A DNA stretch of 64,000 nucleotides from Eukaryota sp. GEM-RC1. Its lineage: Eukaryota. Position 1 is the first letter of the stretch. The number at the start of each line of letters is the position of its first letter. Of the stretch, positions 24,929-34,168 are shown in pieces. The position numbers were made by a program, and so were the translations under genes. The stretch is taken from positions 434,001 through 498,000 of the forward strand of contig JAUFOQ010000017.1 of assembly GCA_040285855.1 (NCBI GenBank). The letters are read 5' to 3'. The notes beneath the pieces were generated by a model. The model searched no databases. It saw only the letters and a program-made list of their open reading frames with translations, and was not told where the DNA came from.

Positions 24929-25666
24929 CTATTCTTAAAGATTTAGGAAAAATCCGGTTTTATTTTACTATTGCAAACAATATACCCTACTAGATAGTAC
25001 ATGTACAGTACAGTATGTGTAAAACTGCTGTAAGTACTACAACAATGTCATGGTATTGGCAAAGGATATACCAGTCATAATACCTCTACATCATATTCAC
25101 GTCTCGAACCAAAGAGAGGGTTTACAATCGGATTAAACAACCTGTTCATTGGCTGAAAAGTGAAGATGAATGACAATGTTACACTCTAATATTTGATTAA
25201 AACTCTTTCCGATATTAATGAAGAATTTTACACACTCTGAACAAAATTTTGCAAATTATCAAAATCCAGAAAATTAAATGCCAAAATTACGGTACAGATC
25301 TAAAGGCAAACGAATGGTGTACACGAGAATTTATTGTCGCTCTATATTCAAAATAGGTAATCAATGTTCGTGAGCTGAAAGTATTTGTTCAAAATTACTG
25401 ACTCGAATGTTTCAATTTCAATGTCAAATTTTTAACATGTCTATCTATCGGTTCATATCCAAACTCGTCGAGTTGTTACAGAAATTGTGAAACTGTAAGT
25501 TATTAAGAAACACAATACAAGCATACCACTACCCTTTTTTACGTATTGTTTTGTGAGCACGATTGTACTTGAATCATCAACAAGTTAGATTTATCTAAAT
25601 TTCCCAAAAAAACAATAATCATTACTAATACAATACACATATTATCAAACTTAAATTCAAAACCCC

Positions 25667-26884
25667 TTATTCATAATCAGACTGGGCTTTCTCCGCTTGT
25701 TTCCTCTTAGATTCCTCCGCAAACAAAAACAACTCCCATAGACACTCCACACTCATGGAGTCAAAATCAATCTCAATCTCTTCATCTTCATTATCAGCAT
25801 TGATGTATCTTTCAACAATCTCAATAACAGGTTCGCTATCATCAAGATCCCCAAGGTATTCCTTAAGATCACGTTTTTCTTCAAAAGTCAATTGTCTCAT
25901 ACCAACTGGTTTAGGCTTAGCCGGTTCAGCTGGCTGCGTTGCTGGCAGAGGAGTTTGAGGTTCTACTGGAGCCTGAGTCGGGGGTTGGACCGGGGGCTGA
26001 GTGGCTGGCATAGGGGTACCTGGAAGAGGTACCTCCACTGGCTTAGACTCAACAGGTTTAGTCTGTTGAGGCTGGGGAGAAGAGATGGGATGAGGGAGGG
26101 AAACTGAAGTGGGAGCTGGAACCACGGCCTTCAGCATATCTTCGAATCTGTTTTTCAAATATAGTGCTATATTATGAACAGGGTGATCTTTGGGATTGAA
26201 AGTGAGAGAGTTTTCAAAGGTCTGGCGACAGTCATCAGCAAACTCCTCTATTGATCTGTAGTAACCGTTATGAAGACGGTTCCTCACTGTTCCAAGATCC
26301 ATGGGATTGATCACTCTATCGTAATAGTCAGGGGCTCCACAGGTATTAGGGTCTACAGGAGCGCTGAAGAGCTGACCACCACTTGGGTCAGCAACGAGAG
26401 TATCAACAATGGTAAGACAAGACTTCATGATAGAGTCTGTGCTTGGTCGTTGACCACCTGGACGAGGGTGACTGTCAGGGATGGGAATGGGGATATAAGA
26501 CTTGGGGGGAACAGGGGTTCGTTTTTGACGAGCAGCGGGTGACTTCTTCTTTGTGGTTGAACGAGAAGTAGACTTTGGAGCTCTGGTTTTGTGAGCAGGG
26601 GTATAGGGACTGCTTTGGTAGGAAGCATATGATGGTTGAGCAACAGGAGTCATGGAAGTTGGGTCTTGTACAGAAGGAATACTAGTTTGTAGATACTTGA
26701 GACAGGAAATATAACGTTGAAGTAGGTTACGTTTCTGTTCTACGGATAGTGAATCCCAGTCAGGACGGTTTCTAGGGAAAACCAAGTCCTCAGAAGATAG
26801 TGTTTGAGGGAGAAAGTCACTTCGAGAGCGCTTCAATTCGGGTGCATCAAAGGTTCCCAGTCTCTTGTTACCTACAGAGTGCAT
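25667..26884 (-). CDS. Bromodomain plus ET-domain (BET/GTE-like) protein
   Basis: LFSAPVDP..CGAPDYYDRVINPMDLGTV..RL..GYY....FADD..QTFEN..TFN; ET: LTFEEKRDL...EIEIDFDSMS..CLWEL. Confidence 0.92.
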   Translation of the reverse strand: MHSVGNKRLGTFDAPELKRSRSDFLPQTLSSEDLVFPRNRPDWDSLSVEQKRNLLQRYISCLKYLQTSIPSVQDPTSMTPVAQPSYASYQSSPYTPAHKTRAPKSTSRSTTKKKSPAARQKRTPVPPKSYIPIPIPDSHPRPGGQRPSTDSIMKSCLTIVDTLVADPSGGQLFSAPVDPNTCGAPDYYDRVINPMDLGTVRNRLHNGYYRSIEEFADDCRQTFENSLTFNPKDHPVHNIALYLKNRFEDMLKAVVPAPTSVSLPHPISSPQPQQTKPVESKPVEVPLPGTPMPATQPPVQPPTQAPVEPQTPLPATQPAEPAKPKPVGMRQLTFEEKRDLKEYLGDLDDSEPVIEIVERYINADNEDEEIEIDFDSMSVECLWELFLFAEESKRKQAEKAQSDYE

Positions 26885-26958
26885 ATAAAGAATGCTTGAG
26901 GAGATGATGAGTTTTGGCTTTGAAACAAAATTCGACCATCTTCACTTCTTTGAAAGTT

Positions 26959-28197
26959 ATGACTGACTCAAAAATCCAAGAACTACAAGCACTTGAAAAG
27001 AAACATCGCTTAGCGGAGGATAAGGACAACACTCGAGCTGTGGCAATAGAACTTTTAGATGTTTGTCGCAGCGTCAGTGACTCTCGTGCTCTTTCAGAAC
27101 TTACTACTCTTGTTAAAAAGCGTCTACAACAACCCGATACAATTACAGCAATTGTTCGTCATGTCCTGTCTTGGGCCGATGATTATTCGGAATCCGATCC
27201 ATCAACAGTCCCATTTAGGCAAAGCATCTTCTCTGTTGTACGTGAAGCCTCTGCAGGCAAATTAACAGTCGAAAGAGAACACGCTTTTGCCACTAAATCC
27301 CTTTCATTATTATTAGATCAACAAGGCAAGATCTCTGAAGCATCTTCTATCATTAAAGACTTTGCTCCCGAACAAATCGGAGCTCTTTCACGATCAGAAC
27401 GTATCGACATGATCCTCTTCCAGACCTCAACCTTTCTCAAATCTGATGATTTCGTCAGGGCTGAGATAGCATTCAGGAAGATCACCACAAGATCTCTTCA
27501 ACATGAAGAAGTCTCACCTGAACTGAGGGTTCGATTCTACTCCTTGGCTACTTCAATTGCCAATATCAAGAAGGAGTTGCTCACGGCTGCTGCTGCTTAC
27601 TTTGACCTCTACATTTCCTCTCTCACACTTCCTTCAGACTCTTCTCTTCATTCTCTGGCAGAAGGATCGCTTTCCTTTGCTGCACGGTATTGCCTAATGT
27701 CAGAGCTCTCTCCTGAACGTACCACTCTGATTGGAAGAATAATGGAGGCAGTTGTACTCAAGGAAGATCTCCCTTCAGAAGTTGACCTTCTTAAAACAAC
27801 TTTAGGATCAGAGCTAATCAATATCACAGCTACTGATGAACTTCCTGAGTCGTCTACAACTCAGCAGTTTTTCCCAAATTGGAAGTTGCTAGTCAAGGAG
27901 AGATTGATTGACCACAATATTACTGTCATTGCTAAGTTCTTTAGTCGCATTTCCTTTGATGATATTTCTTCTCTTGTTCAGTGTGATGTTTCAACCATGG
28001 AAGATCGTGTGTGTACATTGTTTGGTAATAATGTTATCTTTTGTAGAATTGATCGCTTAAAAGAGGAGATTTCGTTTAGAAAGGATCTTGATCCCGCATC
28101 TGAAGCTAATGAGTGGAGTATGTCGTTGATGAGTACGATTGACAAGTTAGAAAAGGCAGTTCATTTGATTGAAGTAGAGCAGAGTTTCAGCAAATAA
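26959..28197 (+). CDS. RPN5: 26S proteasome lid subunit RPN5/PSMD12
   Basis: LQALEKKHRLAED, LVKKRLQ, AGKLTVEREHA, C-terminal PCI domain (ERLIDHNITVIAKFFSRI, CRIDR). Confidence 0.92.
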   Translation: MTDSKIQELQALEKKHRLAEDKDNTRAVAIELLDVCRSVSDSRALSELTTLVKKRLQQPDTITAIVRHVLSWADDYSESDPSTVPFRQSIFSVVREASAGKLTVEREHAFATKSLSLLLDQQGKISEASSIIKDFAPEQIGALSRSERIDMILFQTSTFLKSDDFVRAEIAFRKITTRSLQHEEVSPELRVRFYSLATSIANIKKELLTAAAAYFDLYISSLTLPSDSSLHSLAEGSLSFAARYCLMSELSPERTTLIGRIMEAVVLKEDLPSEVDLLKTTLGSELINITATDELPESSTTQQFFPNWKLLVKERLIDHNITVIAKFFSRISFDDISSLVQCDVSTMEDRVCTLFGNNVIFCRIDRLKEEISFRKDLDPASEANEWSMSLMSTIDKLEKAVHLIEVEQSFSK

Positions 28198-28252
28198 ATA
28201 GCTTGTATATGCAATTGTGTTGTCTAACACCATTAATAATTGTGTATATATA

Positions 28253-28561
28253 TTATGATATATATTTAATGATATTAATTTTATACTTCATATGATGAAT
28301 ATATGAAGTAATGATTTCTAGACCTGAAGAAGAGTCGAAGCTATTGTCGTCCTTGCAAACAAGTTCAGCAAATGGTGAAAGAATTCCAAAAGCCAGAATG
28401 AGAAGAAGCTCGTATTCCTTAAATCTAACAGCAGCATAGAAGACAACAATAAGACCTGTAGCATCAGTCAGTGCAGATATAGCGAACACCTTCAAGAAAG
28501 AAAGTAAGTCAATCAAAGCGTGTTAGGACTAGCAAGACGCTGATACCTGAGAAAGCTGCAT
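28253..28561 (-). CDS. Small membrane protein, Vps55/endospanin-like N-terminal half, apparently truncated; 57-nt intron 28490-28546
   Basis: ATG CAG CTT TCT CAG | GTATCA...TTGAAG | GTG TTC GCT gives MQLSQVFAISALTDATGLIVVFYAAV...LSPFAELVCKDDNSFDSSSG; two TM segments; the intron carries an in-frame stop. Confidence 0.4.
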
Positions 28562-28657
28562 CAGTAGCAGTAAAAAGTGAAAAGAAAACTGGGTAAAATC
28601 AAAATCCCCTATGAAACGGAATCCTGCTGAGAGGAAAGTGATGAACAATCAATAACA

Positions 28658-29311
28658 ATGTCGACAGTGACTTATTTCCGTCTCATGACTCCATCAGGTT
28701 TGTTGATGTCTCACACAGTAAGAGGTTCCAATCCTCCTCGGCTGGACGTTTTGTATCCAGTTGAGACTGAAAGTTCCATCCTTTCAGTTATGTGTTCAGG
28801 AGGTTCCAATCCTCCTAACACTATAAGAGGTTCCAATCTTCCTCGGCTGGATGTTTTGTATCCAGTTGAGACTGAAAGTTCCGTCCTTTCAGTTATGTGT
28901 TCAGGAGGTTCCAATCCTCCTCGGCTGGATGTTTCGTATCCAGTTGAGACTGAAAGTTCCGTCCTTTCAGTTATGAATTTGGGTGGGGACTACGGCCCTA
29001 ACCCAGGATTAACAACTCAGGGCAGTTGCAGAGAAGAGGCTAACAGCTTGATATCTGCAACTCCTGATGAGTTAATACCGCAGTGGTCCGTGTCTTGTTG
29101 TAAAACTCGACAAAAGCAATTCACTTTTGATTTGGAGAATAAACACAATTTCAAATTTTGTTTGATTCATTTGTTTGTGAAAGATTTAACCAACGATGGT
29201 GATATCGAGTCGAATCCCGGACCGGTATCATTTAACTCACATGAATTTGAAGACATAACATTGTTGTCTGAATGGGAATGGTTAGAGCTATTCCATCTTC
29301 TTTTTCCATAA
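28658..29311 (+). CDS. Polyprotein segment 1: repeat leader, 2A peptide and start of the Ulp1-like domain
   Basis: 26-aa repeats, FVKDLTNDGDIESNPGP, then EDITLLSEWEWLE; the frame changes at the T-run near 29301-29305. Confidence 0.75.
   Translation: MSTVTYFRLMTPSGLLMSHTVRGSNPPRLDVLYPVETESSILSVMCSGGSNPPNTIRGSNLPRLDVLYPVETESSVLSVMCSGGSNPPRLDVSYPVETESSVLSVMNLGGDYGPNPGLTTQGSCREEANSLISATPDELIPQWSVSCCKTRQKQFTFDLENKHNFKFCLIHLFVKDLTNDGDIESNPGPVSFNSHEFEDITLLSEWEWLELFHLLFP
28722..28975 (+). repeat. Three 78-bp units (last one partial) plus a 27-bp insert; each unit contains three short hairpins
   Basis: GAGGTTCC anchors at 28722, 28800, 28827 and 28905; stems GAGG/CCTC, CTGGA/TCCAG, ACTGAAAG/CTTTCAGT. 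Confidence 0.9.
29174..29224 (+). other. 2A-like (StopGo) peptide FVKDLTNDGDIESNPG|P
   Basis: Exact D(V/I)ExNPGP consensus with 'DLTxxGD' context. Confidence 0.85.
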
Positions 29312-30531
29312 ATAATATCAGTTTGGATTACCCACTCGCCAATCAAACTATTGGATTTTATCATGTATATAACTTTCTAACGTTAGAGAAAGATGTTATT
29401 TATCATGATATAAGAGAAAAAAATGCAGATTGTCGGCTTGTTCTTATTCTCATGAACAATGGTATTATTGACGGATTTGCGGGAACTCACTGGGGACTAT
29501 GTGTTGTAGATTTCATGACTGAAACGTTATACTTCATGGATTCTATTTCTAATAGTGATTTGTTGTCCTCAAAAATTCATTTTATACAATCGTTTTGCCC
29601 AAACAACTTTTACCATTGTCACATTAATTCTGTGAAACAGGACAATGGTTATGATTGTGGCATATTTGTTCTGTATTTTATTGAAGTTTTATTTAAGACA
29701 TTTAACGTTGAAACAATTGGTCACATTGATCACTGTATAATGATGACAGATTTTCAAAATGAAATTATGCATCATCAATTTGATCCCTCTCCATTTCGTA
29801 TCAGATTGAATCTAAAACTGGACAGCCACGTTAATCCAGGAAAAAGACTGGCCACTATCAGCAATATGCCTCCAAGAAAACAAAAACGATCAAACAATAG
29901 TAATGAAAACGAACCGCAACTGGTGAAAAAAATAATTGGGCGTAAATGTTCAAAGTGTAGAAACACTGGTTATGATATAAGAAAATGCCCATTGGCAGTA
30001 AAAACAAGTGAAAAAACAAACGAAAAAGAATCACCAGTTAAGTCTAAAAAAAGAAAAGATCCTTTCGAAAACGTAACCTTAATGTTAGATCACAAACACT
30101 CGATTAAGTGTATTTTTGTGAAAATGATCGAAGCTTCAGCAGCTATTAAAGAAACTAAAAAAGAAAAAGAGAAAAAAATAATCACATCAATAATCACTCA
30201 AACAGTTCAGGTCCAGGTCCAAGTAATTTCAATTGTAGAATCAATTATATTCACTACACAACAAAGTATCGATTCAGTTCTGTCACGTAATTCTGAGCAT
30301 GCTAGAGTGAATGTTCAAGCGTTTAATCAAGAGGAATCTATGATTAGTGCGTTTAATGATTATTTAGTTTTAACTGACTGTGGTCTGATAATTGGTTATG
30401 ATGCAAGTTCTACGTTGGATGAATTTAATTTTAAATCAGAGAATTGTTCAATTATTCAGTGTCCTCTCTTTTACAAATATTTTTTAAAACAATTCAAAAA
30501 TTCAGTTGATAGATTTGGGCCGTGTTATTAG
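29272..30531 (+). CDS. Polyprotein segment 2: Ulp1/SENP8-like C48 cysteine protease plus CCHC-like zinc knuckle
   Basis: THWGLCVVD (His 29488), YFMDS (Asp 29539), KQDNGYDCGIFV (Gln 29638, Cys 29656); RKCSKCRNTGYDIRKC at 29941-29988. Confidence 0.85.
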   Translation: MGMVRAIPSSFSINNISLDYPLANQTIGFYHVYNFLTLEKDVIYHDIREKNADCRLVLILMNNGIIDGFAGTHWGLCVVDFMTETLYFMDSISNSDLLSSKIHFIQSFCPNNFYHCHINSVKQDNGYDCGIFVLYFIEVLFKTFNVETIGHIDHCIMMTDFQNEIMHHQFDPSPFRIRLNLKLDSHVNPGKRLATISNMPPRKQKRSNNSNENEPQLVKKIIGRKCSKCRNTGYDIRKCPLAVKTSEKTNEKESPVKSKKRKDPFENVTLMLDHKHSIKCIFVKMIEASAAIKETKKEKEKKIITSIITQTVQVQVQVISIVESIIFTTQQSIDSVLSRNSEHARVNVQAFNQEESMISAFNDYLVLTDCGLIIGYDASSTLDEFNFKSENCSIIQCPLFYKYFLKQFKNSVDRFGPCY

Positions 30532-33139
30532 AAATTTTTACAGACCTAGAACTGGAAAATCTTTGAATTGGGTTACTGTTGTAAAGAACATTTTAAAAAA
30601 TGAAAGTTATTCAGTTCCCACACCAGTTTCTACAGATTTCACATCTGAACAAAACTTGAAATGTTTACGTGAGCATTTTAACGATATTGTTGAATTACAA
30701 AGCCTTTTTGTGTATTTCCTTCAAGTCGAAACACAAGAGTTGCTGAAATGCCCGGGTGAAAAAACGGTTAAAGTAACACAAAAATCTGTTTGGAGTGATA
30801 ATAACTTATTGGTTAATGAAATTTCTATAAATCATCACCGAATTAAACAACGTGCATTGCTGCTACTTCAAGGCTTTTGCATGAACTCTTTTGATAACCA
30901 GGAATTGAATCCAGTAGAATGGACCAAAGAAAGTGTCCAACAATTGCTCTGGAATATTGGATACTTGTCTCCATTAGCTCATCAAAGATTTAAAAATGAG
31001 GAAAATATTGATGGAACTGAAATTCTCAAATGGGTAACTGAGATTGTTCAAAGTACTCCAGGCAAAAAGCACAATGCTTTGAAAGTTCAATTGGGATGCT
31101 TCTATATCCAACATCTTCTCCCCGTGGATATGGAAATTCCCAATGTCAAGTACTCTGATATGTCTCGTACACTAAATTATACAGCTACTGAGATTGTTAC
31201 AATGTATCAAAATAATATTTCATCCCATTTTATTGAATATTTGGAAAAACATGGGAACTATTCTTTAATTTAAATGGACAACTAGAAATTATTAAAAACA
31301 ATGCACTTAAAAAAAGTCGAAAAAGACCAGTTGCAAAAGTTGTCTAACAATATCCTCAAAGAAATTTTAGAAGGCAGAGGATCCGATATTGATTTTACCG
31401 AGATCTGGCAAAATCCATCAGATGAACATCAAAATTTCATTACATTTGTCAAAAACTTTAAGCCAGACTCTAAAGGACTCAAATACCAATTAAAGGTAAA
31501 GCCTTTGGAGCTCTTACCAGAGGCCTTCGTTCTCAACAAATTGATTGAGAATAATCCTTCCTGTAATGAGATTCCACCAAAGATGTACCGCATGTTTCCA
31601 CAATCCACCAGCTTAATTCCTGGTCACCTTCGATTGGATACGCTAGCTATGATTAATTTATTTAAACCTCAAGTTCAAGGTTATAATCTAAAACATCTGA
31701 GCGAAAACATTAATTTATTTAAAAATCAAATTTGGAGCCAGTATTTGAATCTTGATCACAAATACTTGAACACCTTCAAAAAGATGTATTCATTTGGTCA
31801 CCAGATAACTACCAATGGTGAATCAATCAGTCTCATGATGACCAGAAATGATCTACTGTTCAAACCATACTCTGCCAAGTCTCCGGAGGAAAAAGAGGAG
31901 TATGTGGAAGATTTACATCCTGAAAAATTAGAGGATTTAAAAAATAAAAAAAGTCGTGGTGGGGGACCCTAACCAATGGGATATTCTGTACTTGGTTGGA
32001 AGATAAACCCAGGAAGAAATTGATAATCCTGGGCATTGTGCTCCCCACTTGACCCAAAAATCTCAAAAACATATGAAAAGAAGAGATTGAAAGAAATTAA
32101 AAGGCATAAAGCCCAGTTCCAAAAAGAGAATAATGAGGTCAAAAAATCAAGTAAAAAGAGACCATTTCAAAAGAAAAATCAATTCAAAAAAATGAGATAT
32201 ACTCAAGGAACTCGAAGGCACGAAGGAAAACAAAAAAAATACAATGTATTTCAGAACCAAGCCTTCAAAAACTATTCTTTTAACGAAATTTCAGGAAGAC
32301 AACTGACAGCTGAACAGATTCAGACAGAATTTTCAGAATTTACTTCCAAAACAACAAATTTTTCAAAATTCAAAGCGTACGTCCAACAATTCTACATGTA
32401 TGCAAATAGAATGGAGTCTCTGTACCATCAATCTAAATGGCGCAAATGGAGCTATTGGAAATCAGTATACAAGGAAAAAAGTGAACGTAAAATGCTCCAT
32501 CGATTCCGTCAAGTTTACGGAGAGCCAACCAACACGTGGTTGGCCATAGGTGATTGGAGTCAGTCAAGGCATAGGAAATACAAGCCTCCATCCATGGGGA
32601 AAGGATCGAGAAAGTTGTTCAAAAAAGCTGGCTATCAGGTTCTTCTGGTTAACGAATTCAGGACATCTCTTCAGTGCCACGGATGTTCTGAGAACAACGA
32701 TGACGAAGGGGAAACGGAAACCTTCCTTAAAGTCAAGGATCCAAACTTCCGGAAGAAGAAGCGAAGAGTTGACAAGAAGGCAAATCGCCTATCAGCGCTG
32801 AGGAATTGGTCTAGTTGGACGGACGAAGATGATAAGCTGTTGTGGCAGGAAGAGCCCGATGAAGTCAAGTGTTGGGGTTTAGTGCGTTGTAAAAAATGTC
32901 ATAAACTCTGGAATCGAGACTTCAATAGCTGTTTGAATATTCTAAAGATTGTTGAGTGTACTCCCGCTGGTGAGGATCGACCAATGTGTTTCTCTGACAA
33001 GTTAGCTGAAGAAAGACGGAAGAGAGCAGCAAAGAGTACAAACAACAATGAAGATTCAATAACAGAAACAGTGGCGGACCCGCAAGGGATAGAACCGCCA
33101 CAGCCCATGTGCACTGTGAGTGTAGATGAATGTCCATAA
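30506..33139 (+). CDS. Polyprotein segment 3: Fanzor1 (eukaryotic TnpB-like) RNA-guided endonuclease, broken by homopolymer frameshifts
   Basis: LNYTATEIVTMYQNNISSHF, MFPQSTSLIPGHLRLDT, ITTNGESISL, RuvC-I KVVVGDPN (Asp 31965, read after the A7 run), RYTQGTRRHE, AIGDWS..PPSMGKG, RuvC-II LVNEFRTS (Glu 32654), CHGC...CKKC, RuvC-III WNRDFNSCLNI (Asp 32918), ..RP. Confidence 0.9.
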
Positions 33140-33180
33140 TTCGTTATGGGGAATTCATCTTAAGAGAAATTCACAGTTGA
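33068..33180 (+). ncRNA. Putative Fanzor omega-RNA scaffold overlapping the ORF 3' end
   Basis: GTGGCGG(33071-77)/CCGCCAC(33095-101) enclosing CCC-GCAA-GGG; AGATGAAT(33124-31)/ATTCATCT(33153-60) enclosing CCATAA-TTCG-TTATGG; ACTGTGA(33113-19)/TCACAGT(33171-77). Confidence 0.7.
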
Positions 33181-33222
33181 CTTTTTGACAGAATTTTCCA
33201 ACCTTAAACCTCTAAACTCTCT

Positions 33223-33547
33223 ATGGTTGTCCACTTTTGTGAAGAATGTAAGGGTCTCCTTAAACCTATAGTTCAAGATGAACAACTTGTGTATGCCTGT
33301 ATGACTTGTGAAACCAGTTTTCCTGCTGAAACCAATTGTGTTTTCCGTCACGTTATATCTCATAAATATCATGAAGAAAAAGACTATCAAACGTTCTGAT
33401 GACTTTGATGCTTCTGTTTCGCGTACTTCGAGTCAGGAGTGTCCGAACTGTGACAAGCGAGAAGTTGGATTCACAACAGCAAACGGTCCTGATGAGCAAA
33501 TATTGATTGTGTATAAGTGTCAAAACTGTTCTCATACGTGGCAATAG
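33223..33547 (+). CDS. RPB9: RNA polymerase II subunit RPB9 (1-nt frameshift in the A-run near 33377-33381)
   Basis: MVVHFCEECKGLLKP...LVYACMTC...AETNCVFRH, then DASVSRT..ECPNCDKREVGF...IVYKCQNCSHTW: two zinc ribbons. Confidence 0.85.
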
Positions 33548-33814
33548 ACTGTGGTGTTCTTTTTCCGGTTAATTGCTTTTTTGTTAGGGTTGTATTTCTG
33601 GCAAACTTTGTACTGTAGTTATTCTAATGTTTTATGATGGTATACTGTCTAACATTAAGTAACTCTGTTGAGATAAACAATTTAACTTGAAAGTAAAATT
33701 TAGACTGTACTTTGCTACTAGTATTTAGTTTTGTTCAAAAACACACTTTTAATCGAAACCGCTACGTGTTTATGGAAAATCGGACTTCTTAAAGATTATA
33801 GAACTACATAAAAT

Positions 33815-33886
33815 TTCTTCTGCCCAGAATCGAACTGGGATTGCTTGATTCAAAGTCAAGCGTGCTAACCATTACACTACAGAAGA
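33815..33886 (-). tRNA. tRNA-Gln(UUG)
   Basis: TCTTCTG TAGTGTAATGGTTAGCAC G CTTGA-CTTTGAA-TCAAG CAAT CCCAG-TTCGATT-CTGGG CAGAAGA A; full cloverleaf. Confidence 0.95.
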
Positions 33887-34168
33887 GACGACTCGCCTAT
33901 GAAAAGATCCGAAATTGAACTTACTCTCTATCCAGCCAAATATGTTTTAGTCCTGTCTATCATAAAAACGGACTCAATCAGTAAATGCTTTTGCAGAAAT
34001 TAGTAACTAACAGACACTAACTAAAGTATCTAAACTATGATCCTTCTGTCCATCACCCAACCATATTACAACACTAACGCATTGAACAAATTGTTTTCGT
34101 CAGCAAAAATAACATACTAGTAAATCTTTCAATGACAAAAACGCATTTTATTTACAAATACATAGTCA

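Larger units (their letters stand above)
28658..33180 (+). mobile_element. Fanzor1-carrying element without a visible transposase (ends not resolved)
   Basis: Intronless polyprotein ORF series ending in Fanzor1 and a structured 3' RNA, lying between housekeeping genes. Confidence 0.75.

Noticed and set aside
28722..28800. Complete HDV-like ribozyme fold
   Set aside because: Only P3/L3 matches; no GG for P1.1 and no convincing P1 or P2 partner. Kept only as a low-weight hypothesis.
29040..29120. Hammerhead ribozyme around CTGATGA (about 29064)
   Set aside because: No GAAA core partner after a stem II could be found.
33223..33547. RPB9 disrupted by the Fanzor insertion
   Set aside because: The N-terminal zinc ribbon is present at 33223 in another frame, so the whole gene lies downstream of the element.
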